DNA of 34,241 nucleotides from Catajapyx aquilonaris (Eukaryota). Below, piece after piece: positions 10,121 to 19,650 of the stretch (the first letter of the stretch is position 1; each line of letters opens with the position of its first letter). The translations under genes and the position numbers were made by a program. A model generated the notes under the pieces. The model worked only from the letters and a program-made list of their open reading frames with translations, was not told where the DNA came from and searched no databases. Where the stretch lies: the NCBI GenBank assembly GCA_000934665.2, contig KZ539071.1:1-34241 (forward strand). The letters run 5' to 3'.

Positions 10121-10490
10121 GCTTCTGCGTGCCCAACGTTGGCGCGTATTACGTCTATACGTAATCGACTCTTACGTGTTCAACCCGAAACTCGACAGAG
10201 CCATACACTCATCAAGGTCACTCGCAATCGACAAAGTCGATTGACGTCAAAATGACGTCGCCAATGCCGACCAGGGCAGGAGGAGAATTGGCGACGTCAT
10301 TGTGTCGTCAATCGACATTGTCGATTGCGAGTGACCTTGGTGAGTATATGGCTCTTGGACTGCTGAATCGTGCGGGTAATGCTCGAGAATATCTGGTTCG
10401 AGATATTTTAGTAAGAAAAGCTTTATCTGAAACTATTGTGTCGAAAGAAACACTTATGAAGGAAATCCGATTACGTGGTCCGCAACGTGG
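10121..10490 (+). pseudogene. Decayed fragment of the Dpy-30/Arg-rich gene (matches ~16437-16232 inverted), interrupted by a palindromic element
   Basis: Translates to LLRAQRWRVLRL... and LGLLNRAGNAREYLVRDILVRKALSETIVSKETLMKEIRLRGPQ. Carries a 2-nt frameshift and an insertion at 10197-10355, and has no 5' part. Confidence 0.85.
10197..10355. mobile_element. Fold-back (palindromic) MITE-like insertion carrying CRE motifs
   Basis: ~69-bp near-perfect arms 10197-10265 and 10287-10355. The empty site is visible in the intact gene (ctcaac^ttggact). TGACGTCA at 10242-10249. No clear TSD. Confidence 0.8.
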
Positions 10491-11140
10491 TGCGTAGAAT
10501 ATATTGCTGCCATTTCGGATCGATTCCTGTCCATTTTGCAGAAGTCATCGATATCTGACTTTCGGTTATAACAGAGTCGAATGGCCGGTCCTGAAAAACT
10601 TCCATAAGGCACTGTGTATTTTTTACTCCTGATATAACATACTCATTTTTACCTCACCTTGGCTATAATGGACCATTGCATTTGGTACCTCGGCGGCAAA
10701 ATGTGCTGTTTTTGACTATTATTCCACTTCCTTTCCCACGCAAGGAAGGCAGAGAATACTGGAATAAGGTGATTTTAGCATCCGTCACTGATTTAAGCTA
10801 ATCAATCAATTTTCTGGTATATTTGGCGACACGGAGACGATAGAAGAAAATTGCGGGAATTTTGTCCTCAATGATTTAAGGGTGAGCTAATTTTGCATTT
10901 TTGTGGTTTGTTTCATTAATCACTTTGCAGTAGTGTGCATTGTAGGCAAGTAGAAAACTTGTGTATTCGCTGCAAAATTGGCGAATAGGCTATGACAGAC
11001 TTCGGTTATAACATACTTGTAAATGTAAAAAAAATGTTTTATTGGCAAAATGATACAAAAGTGAAAATTGCTGAAAATCTTAATTACTATGCACATAATT
11101 ATTATATTGGCAGGTCCATAAGCACATTGTTGTACAATTG

Positions 11141-12146
11141 TTAATATGCTTCCAGTAGGGAGTCGAAATTGAAGAGGCCTTTTGATGGACTCTCGATGGG
11201 GATGCCAGCTATCTCTGCAGCCTGTGGAAATGACAACAATGAGTCGATTTGCAACAATTAGCCATTGTTGTCACTGCTTACTTACCAGAGAGATCAAGTC
11301 AGGTGTCTCCTTCTGAGGCGTGGTTGGTGGCAGTGGCCTCAAAGGTGCTTCCTCCATCTTGCGAGTTGTGGTGGCGACCTTGACCTCAACAGGCGGGCAT
11401 TGGGTCAGGTCAACAATGGGGTGGACAACAAGACGTTGCTGGTGTCTCTGAATAAGCTCGCAGTTGTGATGGTGCAAGATACGTTCCAAACACTGCTTCC
11501 TGTTTACCAACTGAAGGACATCAGCATCCAACCGTCTCTTCTTCTCCTCTTCTACTCTCACCTCCTGAAAAATTGACATGGGGGTCATGACCTATCAAGA
11601 CACAAAGATGATCATACTTACGTCAATAAGGGTCTGCATGTTATTAAGTTTCTTTTCCCAACATCTGGCTACTGCTTCACGGTTCATCAGGCGTTTTCTG
11701 GCCCTCTTGGTAGCCTGCTCAGGGGTCAGCTGAAATGACCTCAATGTAAGTAGGGGATGATGGACAATAATTGTTGTGGACATACCTGGTCATCATCATC
11801 TCTTGGCCTTCTTCCACCCCTTCTCTTCCGGTCATCCATGGGCATGGCTTCCGGGTAGTTGCTGGCTGAACTGCTGCTTCTGGAAGTGACCTCACTGCTG
11901 GTCATGGAGGTGCTGGAACTGGAGGATTCAACTTTGGACTCCATCAGGTGCTGTCCGGTCAGCTGGTCCGGTTGCTTCTGAGTTAATCCGAATATTTCTG
12001 CCAAGTTTTGCAGGGCAGTTGGGGTCAAATCAGAAGGCGATATCTCGAAATCCCATGGCAACTATAGAGGAGGTCAAAGGTCAGTGGAGGAATTTGGGAG
12101 GAATAGTAAAAAAATTATGTGGACTTACCGTAGGTGTAATATCCAT
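11141..12146 (-). CDS. Fos: Fos/kayak-family bZIP, copy 2 (~253 aa), basic region altered (NREAVARCW)
   Basis: Exons 12146-12129, 12061-11786, 11729-11622, 11564-11286, 11221-11141. Open frame with GT-AG introns. C-terminus AAEIAGIPIESPSKGLFNFDSLLEAY*. Confidence 0.85.
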
Positions 12147-13059
12147 GACCATCTCACACTGCACACTGTTCTCACTCAGGATGTCAGGACAAGAATGACC
12201 CGGTCGGGTCATATACCTTTTGGCCTCAGAATCACCTTCTGAGATAAAAACCAGGAATAACCATAACCTTTCGAAAACAAGAGTGTATGACTCCATGTCA
12301 TGCATATCCTAAGCCCCTGTAGACCGTGGGAAAGACTTGCAGCCCATTCTTGGCTCTATGGTATATGTGTACAGGGGACCCCCAGGCTGAGTCATATTTC
12401 TGGTTTTATCCATTAGTCAATATCTTCTGGTATTTGTACTCCAAATGCGGAAGAGACTTTTGAAAATGGGCATCACATTTCAATTGCGATATATGTAAAA
12501 TTTATTTACGTGCAGAATAATGAATAACTATTCAAAAGCAAGGTCATGCTCTTCATGCCTTTCAGGCCAATCACAGGCCGACCTGCACCACATGACCCAT
12601 CACAGAACCACCCTGACAACATGCTCCTATATTATGAACCCAAAAGTTTCACTGAACACAATACTGTAAATTTATTATGCGGTATGACTTTTTAAAGCAA
12701 ATTTATTTGCAAGATTTTGTTGCCAATTCAGGTGACTACATTTACGGGTATATGCGTTTGGCGCACAAAATGCTTTTATATCTGGCTAATATGGAAAATT
12801 GCCTCACTATATTTTGCGAAAATCTCACGCCATGTAAAAATTACTACCTGTTATTTTGTAACTTGTTCCACCCCTAACTTGGCCACCTAAATGGCACCAA
12901 GCTTTATCAGATAAGGGCTTCTTAGGACCAGCCGCTAATGGCTTGACAAGCCGAAAACGATAATAATATACGTAAATGGTCAGCAGGTCATTCCGACGGC
13001 GCCCTTCCCAATGACCTCAGTCCCCCTTCCTTCCTGATAGCCTCACGTGGCATTCCAGC

Positions 13060-13175
13060 CAGGCAGAGCATGGAAGTGTGCTCGACGACGCCGACGATGT
13101 GACTGACAACGACGTGCCAGAAGGAAGCGTCATCGGAAAAGACATGCTAAACTGCGACGGGTTACGAAGACAAAT
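13060..13175 (+). pseudogene. Second decayed fragment of the Dpy-30/Arg-rich gene (Arg-rich segment, matches ~16624-16516 inverted)
   Basis: gcatggaagtgtgctcgacgacgccgacgatgtgactgacaacgacgtgccagaaggaagcgtcatcggaaaagac versus intact gcatggcagtgtgctcgacgccgacgccgacgtgacagacaacgacgtgccagaaggaagcgtaatcgg. In-frame TGA; preceded by a copy of the gene's upstream region (12870-13060). Confidence 0.75.
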
Positions 13176-13311
13176 CGGTTATAACATACTTGCAAATGTA
13201 AAAAAATGTTTTATTGGCAAAATGATACAAAAGTGATAATTGCTGAAAATCTTAATTATTACTATGCACATATTATATTGGCAGGTCCATAAGCACATTG
13301 TTGTACAATTG

Positions 13312-14315
13312 TTAACATGCTTCCAGTAGGGAGTCGAAAGTGAAGAGGCCTTTTGATGGACTCTCGATGGGGATGCCAGCTATCTCTGCAGCCTGTGGAA
13401 ATGACAACAATGAGTCGATTTGCAACAATTAGCCATTGTTGTCACTGCTTACTTACCAGAGAGATCAAGTCAGGTCTCTCCTTCTGAGGCGTGGTTGGTG
13501 GCAGTGGCCTCAAAGGTGCTTCCTCCATCTTGCGAGTTGTGGTGGCGACCTTGACCTCAACAGGTGGGCATTGGGTCAGGTCAACAATGGGGTGGACAAC
13601 AAGACGTTGCTGGTGTATCCGAATAAGCTCGCAGTTGTGATGGTGCAAAATACGTTCCAAACACTGCTTCCTGTTTACCAACTGAAGGACATCAGCATCC
13701 AGCCGCCTCTTCTTCTCCTCTTCTACTCTCACCTCCTGAAAAATTGACATGGGGGTCATGACCTAGCTAGACACAAAGATGCCCATACTTACGTCAATAA
13801 GGGTCAGCATGCTATGAAGCTTCTTGTCCCTACATCTGGCTGCTGCTTCACGGTTCATCAGGCGTTTTCTGGCCCTCTTGGTAGCTTGCTCAGGGGTCAG
13901 CTGAAATGACCTCAATGTAAGTGGGGGATGATGGACAATTGTTGTGAACATACCTGGTCATCATCATCTCTGGGCCTTCTTCCACCCCTTCTCCTCCGGC
14001 CATCCACGGACGTGGCTTCCGGGTAGTTGCTGGCTGAACTGCTGCTTCTGGAAGTGACCTCACTGCTGGTCACGGAGGTGCTGGAACTGGAGGATTCAAC
14101 TTTGGACTCCATCCGGTGCTGTCCGGTCAGCTGGACAGGATCCGGTTGCTCAGTTAATCCGAATATTTCAGCCAGGTTTTGCAGGGCAGTTGGGGTCAAA
14201 TCAGATGGCGATATCTCGAAATCCCATGGCAACTAGAGGAGGTCAAAGGTCAGTGGAGGAATTTGGGAGGAACAGTAAAAAAATTATGTGGACTTACCTT
14301 AGGTGTACTATCCAT
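13312..14315 (-). CDS. Fos: Fos/kayak-family bZIP, copy 3 (~254 aa)
   Basis: Exons 14315-14298, 14232-13954, 13900-13793, 13735-13457, 13392-13312. Basic region KRARKRLMNREAAARCRDKK intact. C-terminus ...GLFTFDSLLEAC*. Confidence 0.85.
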
Positions 14316-14840
14316 GGCCATCTCACACTGCACACTGTTCTCACTCAGGATGTCAGGGCAAGAATGACCAGGTCGGGTCATACCTTGGCCTTAGAACCAG
14401 TCATACATCACCTTCCGGGATAATCATAACCTTTCAAAAACAAGAGTGTATGACTCATTGTCATGCATATCTTAAGCCCCTGCAGACCGTGGGAAAGACT
14501 TCAGCACACTCTTGGCTCTGTGGTATGTGTATAGGGGACCCCTATAGGCTGTGAGTCATATGTCTGGTTTTATCCATTAGTCAATATCTTCTGGTATTTG
14601 TACTCCAAATACGGAAGAGACTTTTGAAAATTGGCACATTTCAATTGCGAATTTGCGATATTTTATTTACGATAGTAATTATGAACTCAAAAGTTTCACT
14701 GAGCGTGTATTTATAGGTTTTGAAATTTTTTTAAAAAATGACAATTCAACAGTATGCTTAAACACCAACAATAATGGTCACCAGGCTGAACAATCATTCC
14801 TCAACGTTCATGGATTTTGCTGGCCATTGCTGAATCTTCT

Positions 14841-15364
14841 TCAGGATTCAAATGTGTCTCCAGTAACCAATCCATACAATAAGGCAAGACTAACAATGTC
14901 AGCATCTATCTGATGGTCATCTGCTGACCTCCATCCACTATCAGCAGGAAGGTGTCCAGCTGTGTCCGGATAAGATGCTTCTAAGGATTCGAAGAACTCC
15001 TGAACCATATCGCCGTCCAGTACTGGAAGAGGTGGTATGTCATCTTGATGATGCAGTTGCAAATATTCTGTTGGTTGCTGGGCAACGAGTGGTTGATCAA
15101 CAGTGGCAGGATCCTAAACATATCGAACAAGTTGTTGATTCTTGTTGCTCTTGGTAACAATATAATATGGAATGGACGTACCAAAAGACCACTGGTGTCA
15201 CTGTAGTCAGCCCCAAATCCACATGACTCCAGATACTCCTGGACAATGCTCCATTCCAGCTCTTCGTCCCAATGGTCCTGAATCGGGTCTGATGGACCCT
15301 GTTGCTCGGCAGTAGGGCTTGAGGTGAGATCTTGTGGAGAACAGGTTCCTGTCAAATTCAACAT
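14841..15364 (-). CDS. Acidic orphan protein, two coding exons (~150 aa; true 5' end uncertain)
   Basis: ORF 14981-15391 joins ORF 14841-15062 in phase 0 through a 68-nt GT-AG intron (15181-15114). Internal repeat IVQEYLESCGFGADYSDTSG / MVQEFFESLEASYPDTAG. The frame is open from a possible acceptor at 15418. Confidence 0.55.
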
Positions 15365-15569
15365 ATCAAACACCTGATGGACTGTGGACAACTGTCGTGG
15401 TCCAATGTTATGGACGATCTGTTAGTGTAAACAAGATTCACGAAGTTGGCTTGGTGATATGTTGACGATGGTTGTCTATAGCAATACAACAATCTGCCTG
15501 TTGGCACCACTTATTCCTCGTAGAGTGTCATGAAGAAAAGTTGAACACAAACAAGTTTATTCACAATAA

Positions 15570-16841
15570 TTATTGAGATTTCTTAGACATTTTTCGATGG
15601 CCTTTAGAATGCTTTCTATTCATTACAGTTGTTCTGACATAATCACCAAAGCTCCTATGAAGATAATTCCTGGCTCCAGTACCATGAGATGGATCTTCTA
15701 CAAATCGAATTGTTTTCCGACGAGGACTATCCTCAACAACTTCACACACACCGTCCTTACATTCAAGACTATCATGCTGGCCATTATCTTTTGATTGATC
15801 CTTCTGTTCAATGCTCACTTCAGCAAGTTCAGACATTCCAGATTGATCCTGTTGTTCAGTAGCTTTTTGATCAGTTCCTTCTAGAGATAGCTTATGTGGA
15901 GAACTACTTTGAGCAGCAGATGGTGATTCTCTAGAACTATAAGTTTCTGCAGTATGCGGCCGCCGATAAGTCTGACATTTTGGCGATTCAAACTTTTCAG
16001 GCAGATTTTCTCGCGGTACTTTTTGTGATAGAATTTCTCGCGGAACTTTTTCTGATAGAGTTTCTCGCGGAACTTTTTGAGATAGAACACCTCGTAATCG
16101 AACATCTCGTGATTGTGTTATAGGAAATAGAGCATCTCGAAATCTGACACCTCGAGAGAGACTTGTGTGAAACAGGGTTTCTCTCAAGCGAGTCACATGA
16201 GAGGGATCCAATTGAGATAGAGCTTGACGATATTGAGGACCACGTGATCGGATTTCCTTCATTAGTGTTTCTTTCGACTCAATAGTTTCAGATAATGCTT
16301 TTCTTACTAAAATATCTCGAATCAGATTTTCTCGAGCATTACCAGCACGATTCAGTAGTCCAAGTTGAGTTTCGGGTTGAATACGTAAGAGTCGATTTCG
16401 TAGACGTAATACGCGCCAACGTTGAGCACGCAGAAGTATACGTCGTTGTTGAGCATGACGTTGTCGAGAACGTAAGCTTCGAACTTTCGAGGCCTTTGGA
16501 CGTTCTGTATCATCTTTTGTCTTAGCCCGTCGCAGTTTAGCACGTCTTTTCCGATTACGCTTCCTTCTGGCACGTCGTTGTCTGTCACGTCGGCGTCGGC
16601 GTCGAGCACACTGCCATGCTGTGCGCATCAGATGACTTCGAAGTTTTCGGTTGTAATGTGGGGGAGGGTACGTGCGATTTTCATGCTCGTACTCCGAGCT
16701 GACCTTCAGGAGCATGCAGAAGAGGTGGTACATCGGGTCCGGGGGTCGAACCCTGTCCAATGAAGTGACCGCAACCAGAAGCCCAGGGGCTATTTTGCGG
16801 TTTATGTAACACCTGAAAGACGAGGTGTTGATGGGATTCAT
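15570..16841 (-). CDS. Dpy-30 (D/D)-motif protein with protamine-like Arg-rich region and peptide repeats, 423 aa
   Basis: N-terminal RCYINRKIAPGLLVAVTSLDRVRPPDPMYHLFCMLLK aligns by eye to the Dpy-30 motif [37 protein letters not shown]. Followed by CARRRRRRDRQRRARRKRNRKRR and 9-aa repeats LS(Q/E)KVPRE. AATAAA lies just after the stop. Confidence 0.75.
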   Translation of the reverse strand: MNPINTSSFRCYINRKIAPGLLVAVTSLDRVRPPDPMYHLFCMLLKVSSEYEHENRTYPPPHYNRKLRSHLMRTAWQCARRRRRRDRQRRARRKRNRKRRAKLRRAKTKDDTERPKASKVRSLRSRQRHAQQRRILLRAQRWRVLRLRNRLLRIQPETQLGLLNRAGNARENLIRDILVRKALSETIESKETLMKEIRSRGPQYRQALSQLDPSHVTRLRETLFHTSLSRGVRFRDALFPITQSRDVRLRGVLSQKVPRETLSEKVPREILSQKVPRENLPEKFESPKCQTYRRPHTAETYSSRESPSAAQSSSPHKLSLEGTDQKATEQQDQSGMSELAEVSIEQKDQSKDNGQHDSLECKDGVCEVVEDSPRRKTIRFVEDPSHGTGARNYLHRSFGDYVRTTVMNRKHSKGHRKMSKKSQ

Positions 16842-16908
16842 CTCTTCCTTAATCTGTGGGTCAAATGATTAATACTTTTTAATTAAATATGAATTTTTTA
16901 ATGAGCTC

Positions 16909-17092
16909 AACCGAGTGCGCAACACAGTTCGCGCAAATTGTTTCCAACACTAATCTTGAGGGAATAACAATCTGGTCAACATTTGCGATGTTGCCAAGTC
17001 TTTGCAACGAGGCTTAGAGGCCTCTACGAAGTAACTGTGGCAACGTTGTGTCAGAACAATGGACTTGCGCGAGTGTGAATGCGCACTCGGTT
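16909..17092. mobile_element. Small TIR element (MITE-like)
   Basis: 13-bp perfect inverted ends aaccgagtgcgca (16909-16921) and tgcgcactcggtt (17080-17092) in AT-rich flanks. TSD not clear. Confidence 0.45.
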
Positions 17093-17229
17093 ACACTAGT
17101 TAAAAAATCTAAAGTAGGGTACTGTATGTGGTATACTGAAGTTGATTATTATTTAATATTTTCATATTTATTGATATTATTTTAAAATGGCGGTTAAATT
17201 TTTTTTCAAATTAGTACAACAATTACCTT

Positions 17230-17512
17230 CGATAAATATCGAGGAACACTGCCAGTACTGCTGTCAACAGAGCCCTTTCCGTCATTCGTTGTCTTATTAC
17301 TTGTCCCTCTCCTGGTTCCCTTTTGACCAGGCAGGTCGAAGGAGACATGCTGAGAAGCTAAGAACAAATTTTGATGGTAAGATAAGGAGAGCATCCAAAC
17401 CCTTCTCACCAAGCTTCCCACATTTTTATCTTATCTCAGAACCGGGAATCGAACCCAGGACCCCAGAGGTGGAGGTGACAATAAGGCATTGGCCATTTGG
17501 CACCATGCTTAC
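17230..17512 (-). mobile_element. tRNA-derived SINE (second family; 3' boundary approximate)
   Basis: Minus strand reads ...tggtgccaaatgg... then gggttcgattcccgg (B box, ~17441-17456), followed by a non-tRNA body. Confidence 0.5.
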
Positions 17513-17799
17513 CAATAGATGGTCCTCTTCTAGCAGGACCTTTAGTTACAGATGCTTTGGCAGCCGGTGACTTGGCGACACCTGAGCAAAGGACAAATTA
17601 TGGTGATTTTGTGAATATGTGAATTTGCATAATAAAGAGCTGAGTCACTTATACCTTCTTTCGGGCCCATCTTTCAGAATTGTTCCGAAAGCCAAACAAT
17701 GCAACAATGCGTTACATAGCGACATTGTTCTGTAAGCCTGTTACTATAGATGGGTAAAAACAGGAATTGACCTTGGCAAAAAAAAACCGGATTTAGCTC

Positions 17800-19650
17800 A
17801 CAATAGCCTCTGAAACTGACCATGCGACATAATGGAGTCAGGGGTGGCTGGGAATGTCACTTGAGGCTATCAGGAAGGAAGGAAGGTCATGGGAAATGCC
17901 CCGTCGGAATGACCTTCTGACCATATATTGTCCCCCTTTGATTTCGGCTAGTCAAGCCATTAGCGGTTGGTCCTAAGAAACCCTTATCTGATAAAGCTTG
18001 GTGCCATTTAGGTGGCCAAGTTAGGAGGGTGGAAAAGGCTTTGAATATTTTTCCATATTTTGCATTGGAAATAATTTATCACAGCATTGTTAAAATATTA
18101 TTTAAAAAGTTGCGCTATACATTTCATGTCGTATTCACATACACTGTATGCCCGATTATCCGGGTGCGGATTATCCGGTCATAGCTAAAAATACATACAT
18201 AACACACGGCATAATCTCAAAAATGGGGTAGCCAGCGACGACTTGTTAAAAATAATATTTAAAATTAAAGCCCGAAAAAATGTGTCGAATTATGTGTCCC
18301 ACTGCTACTGCTAACTTAGCAGTAACTAGCAGTGGACTAGTAACTATATGGCTCTATTGTTCTATTTTTCATAGTCGTCAAGAATGCAGGCAGATTTCAG
18401 CGGATTTCAGGCGCCGAAGACTGCGACACACACACTCTGCTGATCTTGTGACGATGGGAAGGCCAGTTCCTATTGGCTGACCCGAAGTGACCCGCGTCCT
18501 TGAACCAAAGAGGTCCTCCGGTTGGGAGAAAGTGGGTGGATTCCGCTGCTAATTTGGGCAGTTAGGACCGAGGTTAGGACCGTTCTTGTCCATTGTTCTG
18601 CCTCTCCCCCACATGAGAAGTCGTCTTGGCCAGTCCCTCTTCAGTGCCCGACCATTGTCTTCTTCACCAGCTCTCAGGTCCCGCCATCATGGACGTCACC
18701 ATGGACGAAGCCCACGCTGAGGTAAGTACACACTTGTATAGGGTACCTGAATAGTGAATTATTTAGAATCGTTTAATTGTAATTGAGAGTGGCCACCATT
18801 TTGATTTGAATAATTTCAAAAATTGACCGTTTAAAATTCTTTTAAATTGCGCTTAAAATGAAGCCTGAAATGTTTTCGTGAGGTTTTCGCAAAATATAGA
18901 GAGGCCATTTTCGATATTAGCCGGACATAAAAGCATTTTATGCGCCGCAAGCGCTTACCCGTAAATGTAGCCACCTCATTTGGCAACAAAATTTCACAAA
19001 AATATTCATTCTAAAAATTTATGCCGCATGTTATAATATGAGAAAGCTTGATTCAAGAACTCTACCGGCCTAGGTAATAGTAAATACCGATGTTAATGAC
19101 CAATTAAAAAAGAAAAATATTGCATTAAGTTGGAAGAGACCTCAATTTTTAAGTGCTCATAAATGTTGTATTGTTGTCTACGGACGTCCAAATGAATTGT
19201 CACGTGGCTCAATGATGAGCTCAATGATATATCGATTCACACATGTGACTGATCGATCCGCCGGATCCTATCCACTCTGACAAATTTCAACAAATAGTGC
19301 ATTTCCCGCTGCCCAACTAGAAAAATGTATACTCGAGTCACGCTCACGTCATTTGCCAATCTGATTTATTAACTAACTAGCTACGTCGTTGCTCAGGAAG
19401 AAATGAATGGAAAGCAAGCTGAAAAGGACAGGAAAAAAAATACAATCAATGGCAGACCGGGTCGGAAGGACGGGAGAGGTTGGAGGTGTAGGAGGCGGAC
19501 CACAGATGGCAGGCATCCGACGGTTGGCGTTAGGTTGGCGTTCCAGGCAGACAGGCTGGCAGACAGACAGGGTACATATGGCTTTATTTATACAGATATA
19601 GAAGATATAATTTAAATTCATTGGATTATTTAATTTAAAGAGCCATTTCA
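17800..19650. repeat. Inverted segmental duplicate of ~7980-10115 (region between Fos and the Dpy-30 gene)
   Basis: 17800-18330 is the reverse complement of ~10112-9590; 18340-18790 of ~9065-8635; 19455-19650 of ~8150-7980. ~18900-19030 matches ~12830-12690. Confidence 0.9.

Noticed and set aside
15570..16841. Viral capsid/core or retrotransposon gag origin for the Arg-rich ORF
   Set aside because: No LTRs, zinc knuckle, pol or other viral genes nearby; the Dpy-30-like motif and poly(A) signal fit a host gene. Not excluded without a database search.
17513..17670. Upstream coding exons of the Dpy-30 gene (MGPKE|GVAKSPAAKASVTKGPARRGPSI)
   Set aside because: Splice sites look plausible, but the phase-1 end does not join the main ORF at either visible acceptor (16853, 16812). 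Left out of the model; could be 5'UTR/uORF or need an unseen exon.
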